Shown: one piece after another, positions 9,546 through 17,957 of the stretch
Position numbering within the stretch: position 1 is the stretch's first letter
Layout: every line of letters starts with the position of its first letter
Source: an uncultured Methanoregulaceae archaeon
Lineage (GTDB): Archaea > Halobacteriota > Methanomicrobia > Methanomicrobiales > Methanospirillaceae
Length of the DNA: 64,000 nt
NCBI GenBank assembly: GCA_963737635.1
Contig: CAVTTL010000001.1
Span: 1,792,001 to 1,856,000, forward strand
Direction of reading: 5' to 3'
Notes under the pieces: model-generated
Database searches by the model: none
Told to the model about the DNA's origin: nothing
The model's input: the letters and a program-made list of their open reading frames with translations, nothing else
Program-made: the position numbers and the translations under genes

Positions 9546-9696
9546 TCAAAACTCTGTCTAATTAGTTTGGTGCGTTTACGGTTTTGCTGGGGATTCATTT
9601 CGTTAAAATTCTTTCAATAGAAAAGTGGAATTATCGGCATGAGTTACAAATTTAAAAATCAGAAAGACGAATTTCTCCGGACTGTAGTGAAGTCTA

Positions 9697-10851
9697 TTAT
9701 AAAAACGACCGGATCCCGGAGAAGAGAAGAGGCGAGAAGAACCGGATGAGCGAAGGGTTCTTTGCGAGAATGCCGGCAATTTTTGCCGGCCGGTCCATAT
9801 CCCCATAACGGAGAATTTCATCAACGATGGCAGGATTATTCATAGCAAGGATCATCTGATCGATTGTTGAAACCGATAGATGCCTGCGCATCAAAAACAG
9901 ACGGTACCCCAGAGCAAGTTCCCGCCCTAGGTCTTCCTGCCAGAGCCGCTCGTACTCTGCGAGTGCAGCATCGGAGAAGGTGTCATTCTCGCAGCACACC
10001 GCTGCCACCGTCGCTGCATGTAGGGCCGAACGGACACCGGTATAAACCCCCCCGCCTGATGTGGGTTTGGCAAAACCGGCTGCATCGCCGACAAAAAGAG
10101 TCCGGCGGCCATAGGTCCGGGGCATCACGCCAAGCGGAATGGTGCCAGTGACTAGATGTATATCGGAGCGCAGGCCGATTCTCTTTACCAATGCCAAAAA
10201 ACGTTCCCGTACCTGCATTGTCCCGCAAAGCCCCACTCTCGCCCGGCCATTTCCGGAAGGGATGGCCCAACCAAAGAAATCCGGGGATGCGTCCGGGTAG
10301 AGTTCGACTAATCCCGGGTCGTTTTCCCATTTTCCCTCGGCCTGGATACCGGCAAGATAGACCGGTGACCGTTCCATCCCGTACAAGCGGGCAATCGTGC
10401 TCCTGGGACCGTCTGCTGCAATCAGGATCTTAAAAGGGATCTCCTCATGCCCGTTGATCCCACGGGTGATAACCCGGCAATCCCGGACCCCACAGACGGC
10501 TGTTTTGAGCAGGAACTCAGTTCCTGCATCCGCTGCCGTTTGTGCCATCTCCCGGTCGAGCATGGCCCGGTCCACAACATGTGCTTTCGGCGTCTTTGCA
10601 TCGAGAACAAGAGCAGATCCTGCAGAGGGTACTATGCGGGCCCCGGTCACCGTGTTCAGGATAGGACTCCGGGAAACGGCGCATTCGTCAAAAGCGGCAA
10701 GGGAGAGGAGGCCGGCGCACTGCACCGGGTAGCCGATGGTTCCCTGCTCCTCGATGCAGATGACCGAAAGCCCGCGATCTGCGCATGCCCGGGCAGCTGC
10801 ACAGCCCGCCGGGCCGGCACCGGCAATGACGACATCGTAGGCCGGCAGCAT
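9697..10851 (-). CDS. Geranylgeranyl reductase family (digeranylgeranylglycerophospholipid reductase-like)
   Basis: GAGPAG Rossmann motif, PVQCAG, FGWAIP, VGDAAGFAKPTSGGG. Confidence 0.9.
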   Translation of the reverse strand: MLPAYDVVIAGAGPAGCAAARACADRGLSVICIEEQGTIGYPVQCAGLLSLAAFDECAVSRSPILNTVTGARIVPSAGSALVLDAKTPKAHVVDRAMLDREMAQTAADAGTEFLLKTAVCGVRDCRVITRGINGHEEIPFKILIAADGPRSTIARLYGMERSPVYLAGIQAEGKWENDPGLVELYPDASPDFFGWAIPSGNGRARVGLCGTMQVRERFLALVKRIGLRSDIHLVTGTIPLGVMPRTYGRRTLFVGDAAGFAKPTSGGGVYTGVRSALHAATVAAVCCENDTFSDAALAEYERLWQEDLGRELALGYRLFLMRRHLSVSTIDQMILAMNNPAIVDEILRYGDMDRPAKIAGILAKNPSLIRFFSPLLFSGIRSFL

Positions 10852-10869
10852 GGCAGGACCTCCGAAAAG

Positions 10870-11472
10870 TTACTGAGGGGGGTTTTGGTCTTCCGGCGGG
10901 TCCTTTTGTTTTGTTGGGAGCCGACAATTGTTGATGAGGAACACACGTGGGGAAATGGGTAATTCATCACCCTCTTTTAGGGAAATACCCATAAAGATCG
11001 CAAAGAGTCCCAGAACAAAAGAAATTGTCCCAACGACGGTCATGATAATAAAAGACCTCATGGCAGGAACATACGTGAGGAAGACATAGAGCAGGATCAC
11101 GCTGCTCGCGATCACCCCGGTCACGAGATAGTATTTCGATCGCGTCCGGGTAAGCGCACAGGATATCCCGGTATAGCCTGCATAGAATGCCAGGATTGCA
11201 ACTGCAAGGACGAAAATAAGGGAGAGGGATTGAGGAAAGAGCGTTTCGATGATTCCAATGAGCAGCAGCCCTGCGGAAAAGAGAAACCAGAAAAGGGATT
11301 CTTCCGCCGGGGAAGTAATAGCGATGAGAATGCAGATGAGAATTCCCGTAATAAGCAGGATCCAGAAAATCCCGGTAAAGAAAGCAAGGACTTGCTGGGG
11401 TACCATCAGCGCGAGACCTCCGAAGATTACCCCTGCCAGCCCTTTGAGGAGGCAGGACAATTTTGCATCCAT
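10870..11472 (-). CDS. Membrane protein, HdeD/DUF308-like
   Basis: About six hydrophobic segments in paired repeats. Confidence 0.6.
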   Translation of the reverse strand: MDAKLSCLLKGLAGVIFGGLALMVPQQVLAFFTGIFWILLITGILICILIAITSPAEESLFWFLFSAGLLLIGIIETLFPQSLSLIFVLAVAILAFYAGYTGISCALTRTRSKYYLVTGVIASSVILLYVFLTYVPAMRSFIIMTVVGTISFVLGLFAIFMGISLKEGDELPISPRVFLINNCRLPTKQKDPPEDQNPPQ

Positions 11473-11637
11473 AGAATTACGTCACTGTGATCGCGTTAAT
11501 AGTTTCGTATGCGGGAGCGGGCTCTCCAAGGGGTCTGACTCGCAAAACTACGAAAAGGTTATCAGTGCCGTTATGGTGTAGAGCCATCTGCGATTTGAAC
11601 AGCAGCATACCTCTAAAAAAAAGAAACAGAGGGGAAT

Positions 11638-11868
11638 TTAAGCACGCCCGAACCCGAAAAATTCTATACCCACTAGTTTTTCCAGCACATAGAGAATGGC
11701 AAAGAAGAACACGGCATAAAGGACAAAACTGATGACAAAATTCACCCAGCCCGTCAGGCCTGAATAATTGGTAATCAGATTTGAGAGATTATCTGAAATG
11801 ATAATTGCACAAAGTATCCCCAGGAAAAAGAACACCCATTTCTTGACTTCAGCAAATTCCATACACAT
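11638..11868 (-). CDS. Small two-TM hypothetical membrane protein
   Basis: 76-aa ORF, purine-rich RBS upstream, two hydrophobic helices. Confidence 0.6.
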   Translation of the reverse strand: MCMEFAEVKKWVFFFLGILCAIIISDNLSNLITNYSGLTGWVNFVISFVLYAVFFFAILYVLEKLVGIEFFGFGRA

Positions 11869-12192
11869 TATTTGACCCTCTCCCTATTAAAAACCTGAAA
11901 CCGGCACAGGAAAAATGCACCATTGCCGGGTCTCGGCTCCGGTGCTCATTCGCGGACACCGAGACAAAGACATGAAAGGATCCAAAGATGGACGCGCCAG
12001 CTAGACACTCTTGTAAAATAGTGCCCGGGCATGGCCTCTGCCACCTAAGAAAGTATTTGTGCACCACCTCCCAACTTCACGCAGGAATCCAGAATCGTTT
12101 TCTCGCAGAGCCGGGCAGCAACAAAAACCGGATCTGCGGGAGGGAAAAGAAATGATTCATGAAGGAAAGGAGAGAAATCCCGGGAAACACCT

Positions 12193-12541
12193 ATGGCAGG
12201 ACGAGATACCCGCAATCTGCTGAATGGCATTGTTGCTGAGATTATAAAAGTAGGCCGGCTGATTGAGGGATACCAGTATGAGGATTTTTATCAGGACGAA
12301 AAAGTCTATGCGAGCGTTCTAGGATGCATGAGAGCCATCAGTGAAATGGAGCAGGCAGTCCCGACTATGGTCCGGGTAAAATACGCGCTTGTGCCTTGGA
12401 AGGAGCTGAGCTGCATTGGACGCGGCAATCACCAACGCAGATCCGGTGAACCGGCCCCGGCTTCTCTGGAAGATCAGCACCGAGACGCTGCCCCAAATCC
12501 GGCCGATGATACAAAATCTGATCGAAGAAATGGAAAAATAG
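12193..12541 (+). CDS. HEPN/DUF86 (HepT-like) domain protein, apparent frameshift at ~12411, catalytic motif degenerate
   Basis: YEDFYQDEKVYASV...KYALVPWKEL matches the DUF86 N-terminus. The shifted frame gives LDAAITNADPVNRPRLLWKISTETLPQIRPMIQNLIEEMEK* (stop at 12539-12541), resembling the DUF86 C-terminal helix. Confidence 0.7.
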
Positions 12542-12663
12542 GCCTTTATTGAGCGTTTTTCTGTAAAGTCCGAAAAATTACTAAAAGCAGCTATTGGTCT
12601 TTGCGTCGGATGCGGGTCTCTTAACCGTGAATGCTTATTGCATAAAGGCCCTATTATACCAGT

Positions 12664-13203
12664 ATGGATGAGGAAAGTTCTAGCACCGGGCCCAGTGCAG
12701 AAAATCCACCCTCCATGGATCTCGCCCCCGCTCCACCGGCACCTATGGGCTGGGGATTCTGGGCGATCATGGCCCTTATCGGCGTGCTGATCCTCCTTAT
12801 CATCTACGCACAGGTTCAGGGCATAACCCACCCGGTTACTGTCAACCTGACCGAGACCAACTGGACGCTGACCTCTTATGTATCTACCGGAGGAACAATG
12901 GTCCCGGCAACGACTGGACCGAAGATGAACCTTTCATTTGGTCCCTCGAACGAGAGTACCCTGCGTGGATACACCGGCTGCAGTTGGTACTCGTATGTTT
13001 ATTCCCTTAACAAAACCGCGTTTAGTCTCTCCAACGAGACTCTTACCCCCAGCTCCTTTGACGACCCGGGCATGATACAGGCTGAATCCTCTTATATGGA
13101 CGATCTCAAAAATACAACCTCCGTTCGATTCCGGGGCGGGCGGCTTACCTTTTATGACGTTGGGGGTAAGCCGGTTCTTGTCTTTGAACAGTCTGTTAGC
13201 TGA
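12664..13203 (+). CDS. Membrane-anchored META domain (HslJ-like) protein
   Basis: TM helix followed by LTETNWTLTSY...LRGYTGCSWY...AESSYMDDL...LTFYD..LVF. Confidence 0.75.
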   Translation: MDEESSSTGPSAENPPSMDLAPAPPAPMGWGFWAIMALIGVLILLIIYAQVQGITHPVTVNLTETNWTLTSYVSTGGTMVPATTGPKMNLSFGPSNESTLRGYTGCSWYSYVYSLNKTAFSLSNETLTPSSFDDPGMIQAESSYMDDLKNTTSVRFRGGRLTFYDVGGKPVLVFEQSVS

Positions 13204-13352
13204 TCTTTCATCTATTCCCGGAAAATTCCCGGAAATTTTCCACCAAGACCTGATGAAACCGGATCGGACACCTGTGAACTTCCCGCACAGGTATACGAAC
13301 ATTAAAAAAAGGAAGGGGCAAGAAGTTATAACCGGGAGTTGGATAAGGAACT

Positions 13353-14661
13353 ATGGAAGCCAAGAGCGAACGAAAAGACGGCATACTCATCTTTTTTATT
13401 AACGGAAGACTGGATGCATTTGGTGCCCAGCAGCTTGACGAATGGGTACAAGGAACCCTGCATGACGATGACAAAGAACTGGTGCTTGACCTCTCCGGAT
13501 CCACCTACCTCTCAAGCGGCGGTCTGCGCACATTCAGTATGTTAAAAAAGGAGATGAAACGCAGGAACGGGCGCTTTGCCCTTGCGGGTGTCGGTGAGTA
13601 CCCGAAAAAAGTGCTCGATACGGCCGGATTCTCGTCCATTCTTGAGATTTTCCCTACGACTGACGATGCTGTTGAAGACATGAGGAAAAAACGGAAGAAC
13701 CCGACACTCTTCAACGAGATCTTTTACAAGAAGATCGAAGAGGATGGCGTCACCCTGACGATCGAGCCGGGCTGGATGACCTCTCCTCCTGTACTTCGGA
13801 TCGCCGGCGATCTGACAAAAGTCCTGCACGCCCGGCTGACAGAATCCGACATCAGCACAAAGAAGTTCTCCGAGATCACCTATTCGCTTGGCCTTGGCGC
13901 GCTTGGGGCAGACAAAAAAGAGGCGATGCCGCTCTTGGGCGAGATGATTACCCTGTACGGCTCTATGGTCTGGCTGCCGACTGACGGAAACAACACCCCG
14001 GACTTTTTGACACCGCTTGATACGAAAGGCGATGTCCCGGTGTATACAGGCTATAACGTAACGCTGGACGGCCCGTTCAATGAGTACCTGACGCTTGAAA
14101 CCGAGGATCCAAAGGGAATAGCTATTGCCGATATCTACCGGATGATCTTCTCGGGCGCAGGAAACCGGATAAAAAGCTACAAAGGTGTGGCCGCAGTCAC
14201 TATCTGGGGTGTGATTGCAGGCTTGGCCAGTTCCGGCATCAAAAAAGCGCCAATCGCCGGTAGTACGCTTCCCCGGTAACACCACGATCATGGATCCTGC
14301 CCTATCAGCAGAGTGGATGGCTTCCGATACCGGCATGGCCTATAAGGGGGATACCTTGGTAAGCTTTGGTTTTGGGATCGACAGTGCGCATGATCTTGCC
14401 TGTTTCCGCCGGGAAGATCTCGATGCCCTGTATTATGCAAACCCGGCAAACCGGGGGACCTCAAAAACGATGTACCTCCACAACCACGGTGTAATCTTCC
14501 GGGGTGTACCCTACGATGCCTCGCTTGACTTAAACTCGCAGGTTAAAAAGATTGTCACTGATGGTACGTTTGTGGATATGCGGCACCTGCTGGACAGCAC
14601 CCGGCTCCGCAGGGCAAAAATCGGCGTTGCGTATATTCAGGAGATTGTAAGGGAATCATAG
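13353..14661 (+). CDS. STAS (anti-anti-sigma type) domain fused to a ~320-aa uncharacterized domain; apparent frameshift at ~14272
   Basis: INGRLDA...LVLDLSGSTYLSSGGLR (phosphorylatable Ser motif). ORFs 13353..14279 and 14215..14661 join if one C is removed from CCCCGG. Confidence 0.8.
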
Positions 14662-14671
14662 TACGATAGAT

Positions 14672-15121
14672 TCAGGCACTTTTTTGCTTTTTTTTGGTTA
14701 ACGTCAGGATATTTTTCCCCTGCTCATACCGGTACGCTGCCGTATCGGTTACCCGGCGGATAAGGTAGATACCAAGACCCCCGGGCATGCGCTCCGCAAG
14801 AGACGAAGTGACCTCTGGATCGGGCATAACCAGTGGATCAAACGCGGGTGCAGAGTCAGTGATCTCCACGGTCATGGAATCGGTGTCAGCTTCGCAATGA
14901 ATGGTGATCGGTTCAGGGCTCCCACAATACCCATGACGGATGGTGTTAGCGATGGTCTCTTCTACTGCGAGCTGGACGTCGAAGACCTGCTGGTCGCAGA
15001 AACCAGCCTTTTGCATAACTTTTTCGATCTCAAGCGCAACACCGGGCACCGCATCGATCCGTGCGGGAATAACGATGTCAGCAGTAATAGTCAGAATTCC
15101 ACCTTCTGGATGACCTTCCAT
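14672..15121 (-). CDS. RsbW/SpoIIAB-like Ser/Thr kinase (HATPase)
   Basis: LAVEETIANTIRHGY (N box), ITDSAPAFDP, PGGLGIYLI (G2 box); start moved to ATG at 15121. Confidence 0.88.
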   Translation of the reverse strand: MEGHPEGGILTITADIVIPARIDAVPGVALEIEKVMQKAGFCDQQVFDVQLAVEETIANTIRHGYCGSPEPITIHCEADTDSMTVEITDSAPAFDPLVMPDPEVTSSLAERMPGGLGIYLIRRVTDTAAYRYEQGKNILTLTKKKQKSA

Positions 15122-15271
15122 TTGCGAATGCCAAGTGTGGGGGCCGTTTGTACCGCAACACCACCGCAGCTGGCATAAGATTTCCCTGTTTATGATATTC
15201 AAACGTCAACCATAAAAAGACGGCTCACGAGAAGAGACTAAGATCAGGCTGATATCGGACGAATAGTTTAA

Positions 15272-15343
15272 CGCCCCGGCCGGGACTTGAACCCGGGTCA
15301 AAAGCTCCGCAGGCTTCTAGGATGTCCACTACCCCACCGGGAC
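15272..15343 (-). tRNA. tRNA-Arg (anticodon GCG), no intron, CCA not encoded
   Basis: GTCCCGG/CCGGGGC acceptor stem, GAAGC-CTGCGGA-GCTTT anticodon arm, CCGGG-TTCAAGT-CCCGG T arm. Confidence 0.95.
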
Positions 15344-15384
15344 GTGAGTTTATGACTGCCTGCCTTATTTACATCGTTCTCATC

Positions 15385-15394
15385 GTTTAAATAT
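15385..15394 (-). promoter_or_regulatory. TATA-box candidate for the tRNA gene
   Basis: ATATTTAAAC on the minus strand, ~45 nt upstream of the mature 5' end. Confidence 0.45.
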
Positions 15395-15468
15395 CTCACC
15401 TTTCGAATGAGAAGCGGCGGATTGGGATTGATTGCAGCGCATCCACTTCCAAAAAAAAAGTATCGTAT

Positions 15469-16254
15469 TCAATCATTAGGCGTTTGTACATTCACTGGTG
15501 TCCATGTGGGTGTGGGAGTGGTAGTTGGATATACCAGGTAATTCTGCGGATGAGTTCCCCAGTATTTACATTCAGGGAATGTCTGGTTCTGCGGGTTATC
15601 AAAATTACCCACGGGTTTTACCCAGATACCAGTTGTAGCCGTGATGTTATTCGCGGTCATCTCAACGAGGAGATCATTAGTCTGAAGGATGGGGCCAAGG
15701 GTCGCACTCTGATAAACGCTCAATCCCTTGGCTTCTCCAAAGCCGTCTTGGAGATATACATCACCAGTCGTTTTATTTCTTACCGTGATCTCAAACCACG
15801 AAGTCGGTGAAAAATCAGAGTACTGGAGCGTTACCCAGCCGTTGGATCCCTGATGCGTTTGAACGTACTTAGTAACTGTGATATTGAACGGAATAACCGT
15901 ATAATTTATGTACATCGGCGGATTTTTAAGGTCAAATGAGATCGCAGTTGTATTGTAGCCGGTCTGTGTGTTAAGATAGATGAGACAGGACAAGTCAGCC
16001 GGAACCAGGGTGGGAGTCGTAAAAGAATTCATTCCCGAACCATTTGCCTGGACCCCGGCGTTGCTGGTCACATAGGGTGTAGCTGCTTCTACGTAGGAAG
16101 GGGTTGTAGGCGTTTCCTCAGCGGTCGTTTCGGTAGTATAAGAATTACTGGAGGACGATGAGGTCGTTCCCTTCGGAGGCTCGACGCATCCGGCCACGAG
16201 GAGCATCAGGATGATACTCAATATAAGTACCGCACAACAGATTTGCTTCGTCAT
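15469..16254 (-). CDS. Secreted lipoprotein-like hypothetical protein
   Basis: Signal peptide ending LVAGC, Ser/Thr-rich linker, several N-x-T sequons. Confidence 0.75.
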   Translation of the reverse strand: MTKQICCAVLILSIILMLLVAGCVEPPKGTTSSSSSNSYTTETTAEETPTTPSYVEAATPYVTSNAGVQANGSGMNSFTTPTLVPADLSCLIYLNTQTGYNTTAISFDLKNPPMYINYTVIPFNITVTKYVQTHQGSNGWVTLQYSDFSPTSWFEITVRNKTTGDVYLQDGFGEAKGLSVYQSATLGPILQTNDLLVEMTANNITATTGIWVKPVGNFDNPQNQTFPECKYWGTHPQNYLVYPTTTPTPTWTPVNVQTPND

Positions 16255-16554
16255 TAATCATCTGTACGTTTTTCAGTATTATTTATGTATGCTGGGTATA
16301 GTCCTGGTAGTGCACCACGAACATCGGAAACTTTTCTCGGGAAACTGAATCCGGAGGCCGGGTTTCAAACGTGCCTTGAAAGATTGGATTTTCTTCAGCT
16401 CTACAAAAACTGTTGAAAAACTGGCATATCATCTTTTATAAATCGTTTCACTCAACGTGTTCCCGATGGTTTCATGAGGAACCCAAAGAAAATACATAAT
16501 CAGATAACACATTATAAAGAAGCATATTTTTACTCGAGTACGGGAGACTCTCCG

Positions 16555-17847
16555 ATGGCATCAATACAGGCACCTGCAATTATTCTGATCATACTCGCCT
16601 CCTGCTTTGTCGCCCCGGCGATTGCCGGGACCAAATACCTTGACGGGAGCCCGAACCTGACGGCGTATATAACGGGTACGAACCAGTATACGGCCGGGAG
16701 CGAGATTGCGATCCCGGTCGTGATCCAGAACACCGGTATCAGCACGAACTATGAGGTATCGTCCAACATCGTGAACCGTACCGATATCCCCACGACGGCG
16801 AAGTTCGTCACGGTCGCGATGGGGTCCGGAGATGCGCCGGTGGTGATCAAAAGCGATCCCCAGATGGTCGGTGATATTGCGAGCGAAGATCAGGCGACGG
16901 TGACGTTTTCCGCGAAGGTCAATGCCGATGCACAAGGCGGCACCTACCAGATTCCGCTCAATATCAGTTATACCCAGTATACGAATATCGATCAGTACGG
17001 TCTCGACACGGTCCGGTATTATTACGAGCCGTATACTGTAACGGTCACCGTCCCGGTGTCGATCAAGTCTGAAGTAATCCCGGCAGTAGTCACGGCAACG
17101 TCCGATTCGCTGGTCGCCGGTGCCCAGGGTTACGTCAACCTGACCATCAAGAATATCGGGTCGCTGGACGGGTCCAAGGCGACCGTCCAGATTCTCCAGG
17201 ATACTGCAAGCCCGGTCAGCCCGGTGGACACCAGCGTCTATATCGGCGACTTCCCGGCCGGCAGTACCGTGGCCTGCCAGTACAAGGTCGCCGTGGCATC
17301 GGATGCCATCAACAAGACTTATCCGGTCGACGTTGTCGTGGTCTACCAGGACAATGAAGGCGATTTTGTTACCTCCCAGACCCAGACGGTCGGTGTTGAC
17401 GTCGGGAGCAAAGTCGCATTCTCGGTCCTGTCCTCCCCGGTGGAGATGAGCCCGGGCAGTAAACGGACGATCCAGGTCGAATACCTGAATACCGGGGATT
17501 CTACCGTCCACAGCGCGGAAGCTCGTATCAGCGTGGTCGATCCCTTTACCAGTTCGTCCGATATCGCTTATCTCGGTGATCTCGCCCCGGGTCAGTCCGC
17601 AGTGGCTTCCTACCAGATGAGTGTCGCCAGCGACGCGACAATTAAGGAATACGGCCTGGATACGGAGATCCGGTACAATGACGCACTCGACGATACCTAC
17701 GTCTCCGACCCGATGAAAGTTTCTATCGATGTCAAAAACCTGGCCGGAATCCAGGGAATCGTGTCCAATCCCGTCGATATCACCGTCCTCGTCGGCCTGA
17801 TCATCGGTATCGTCTATGCCGTGCTTCATGTAAGGAAGAAGCGCTAA
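16555..17847 (+). CDS. COG1361-type S-layer domain protein
   Basis: Signal peptide, repeated Ig-like units (YIGDFPAG, YLGDLAPGQS), C-terminal TM plus RKKR; start moved to ATG at 16555. Confidence 0.85.
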   Translation: MASIQAPAIILIILASCFVAPAIAGTKYLDGSPNLTAYITGTNQYTAGSEIAIPVVIQNTGISTNYEVSSNIVNRTDIPTTAKFVTVAMGSGDAPVVIKSDPQMVGDIASEDQATVTFSAKVNADAQGGTYQIPLNISYTQYTNIDQYGLDTVRYYYEPYTVTVTVPVSIKSEVIPAVVTATSDSLVAGAQGYVNLTIKNIGSLDGSKATVQILQDTASPVSPVDTSVYIGDFPAGSTVACQYKVAVASDAINKTYPVDVVVVYQDNEGDFVTSQTQTVGVDVGSKVAFSVLSSPVEMSPGSKRTIQVEYLNTGDSTVHSAEARISVVDPFTSSSDIAYLGDLAPGQSAVASYQMSVASDATIKEYGLDTEIRYNDALDDTYVSDPMKVSIDVKNLAGIQGIVSNPVDITVLVGLIIGIVYAVLHVRKKR

Positions 17848-17957
17848 CTATTTTTTTGAAAAGGTACATTGTTGGCAGTTTGTTATTTTTGACTATGAAA
17901 ATTTGACACTTTTTATGTTTCTGTTTCTCTCATTTCGCTATAATCCTCTAAGGAGTT

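Noticed and set aside
11925-12145. Possible ncRNA from the GTCTCGG/CCGAGAC and CCTCCC/GGGAGG complementarities
   Set aside because: The stems are only 6-7 bp in GC-rich DNA and do not resemble SRP RNA, RNase P or a tRNA; support is insufficient.
11870-15343. Integrative element at the 3' end of tRNA-Arg
   Set aside because: No integrase and no duplicated tRNA 3' end (att site) was found in the window.
16561-17829. Long antisense ORF (422 aa), and similar shadow ORFs opposite mutL, dnaJ and ilvD
   Set aside because: These are mirror frames of genes with strong codon bias and have no recognizable protein motifs.
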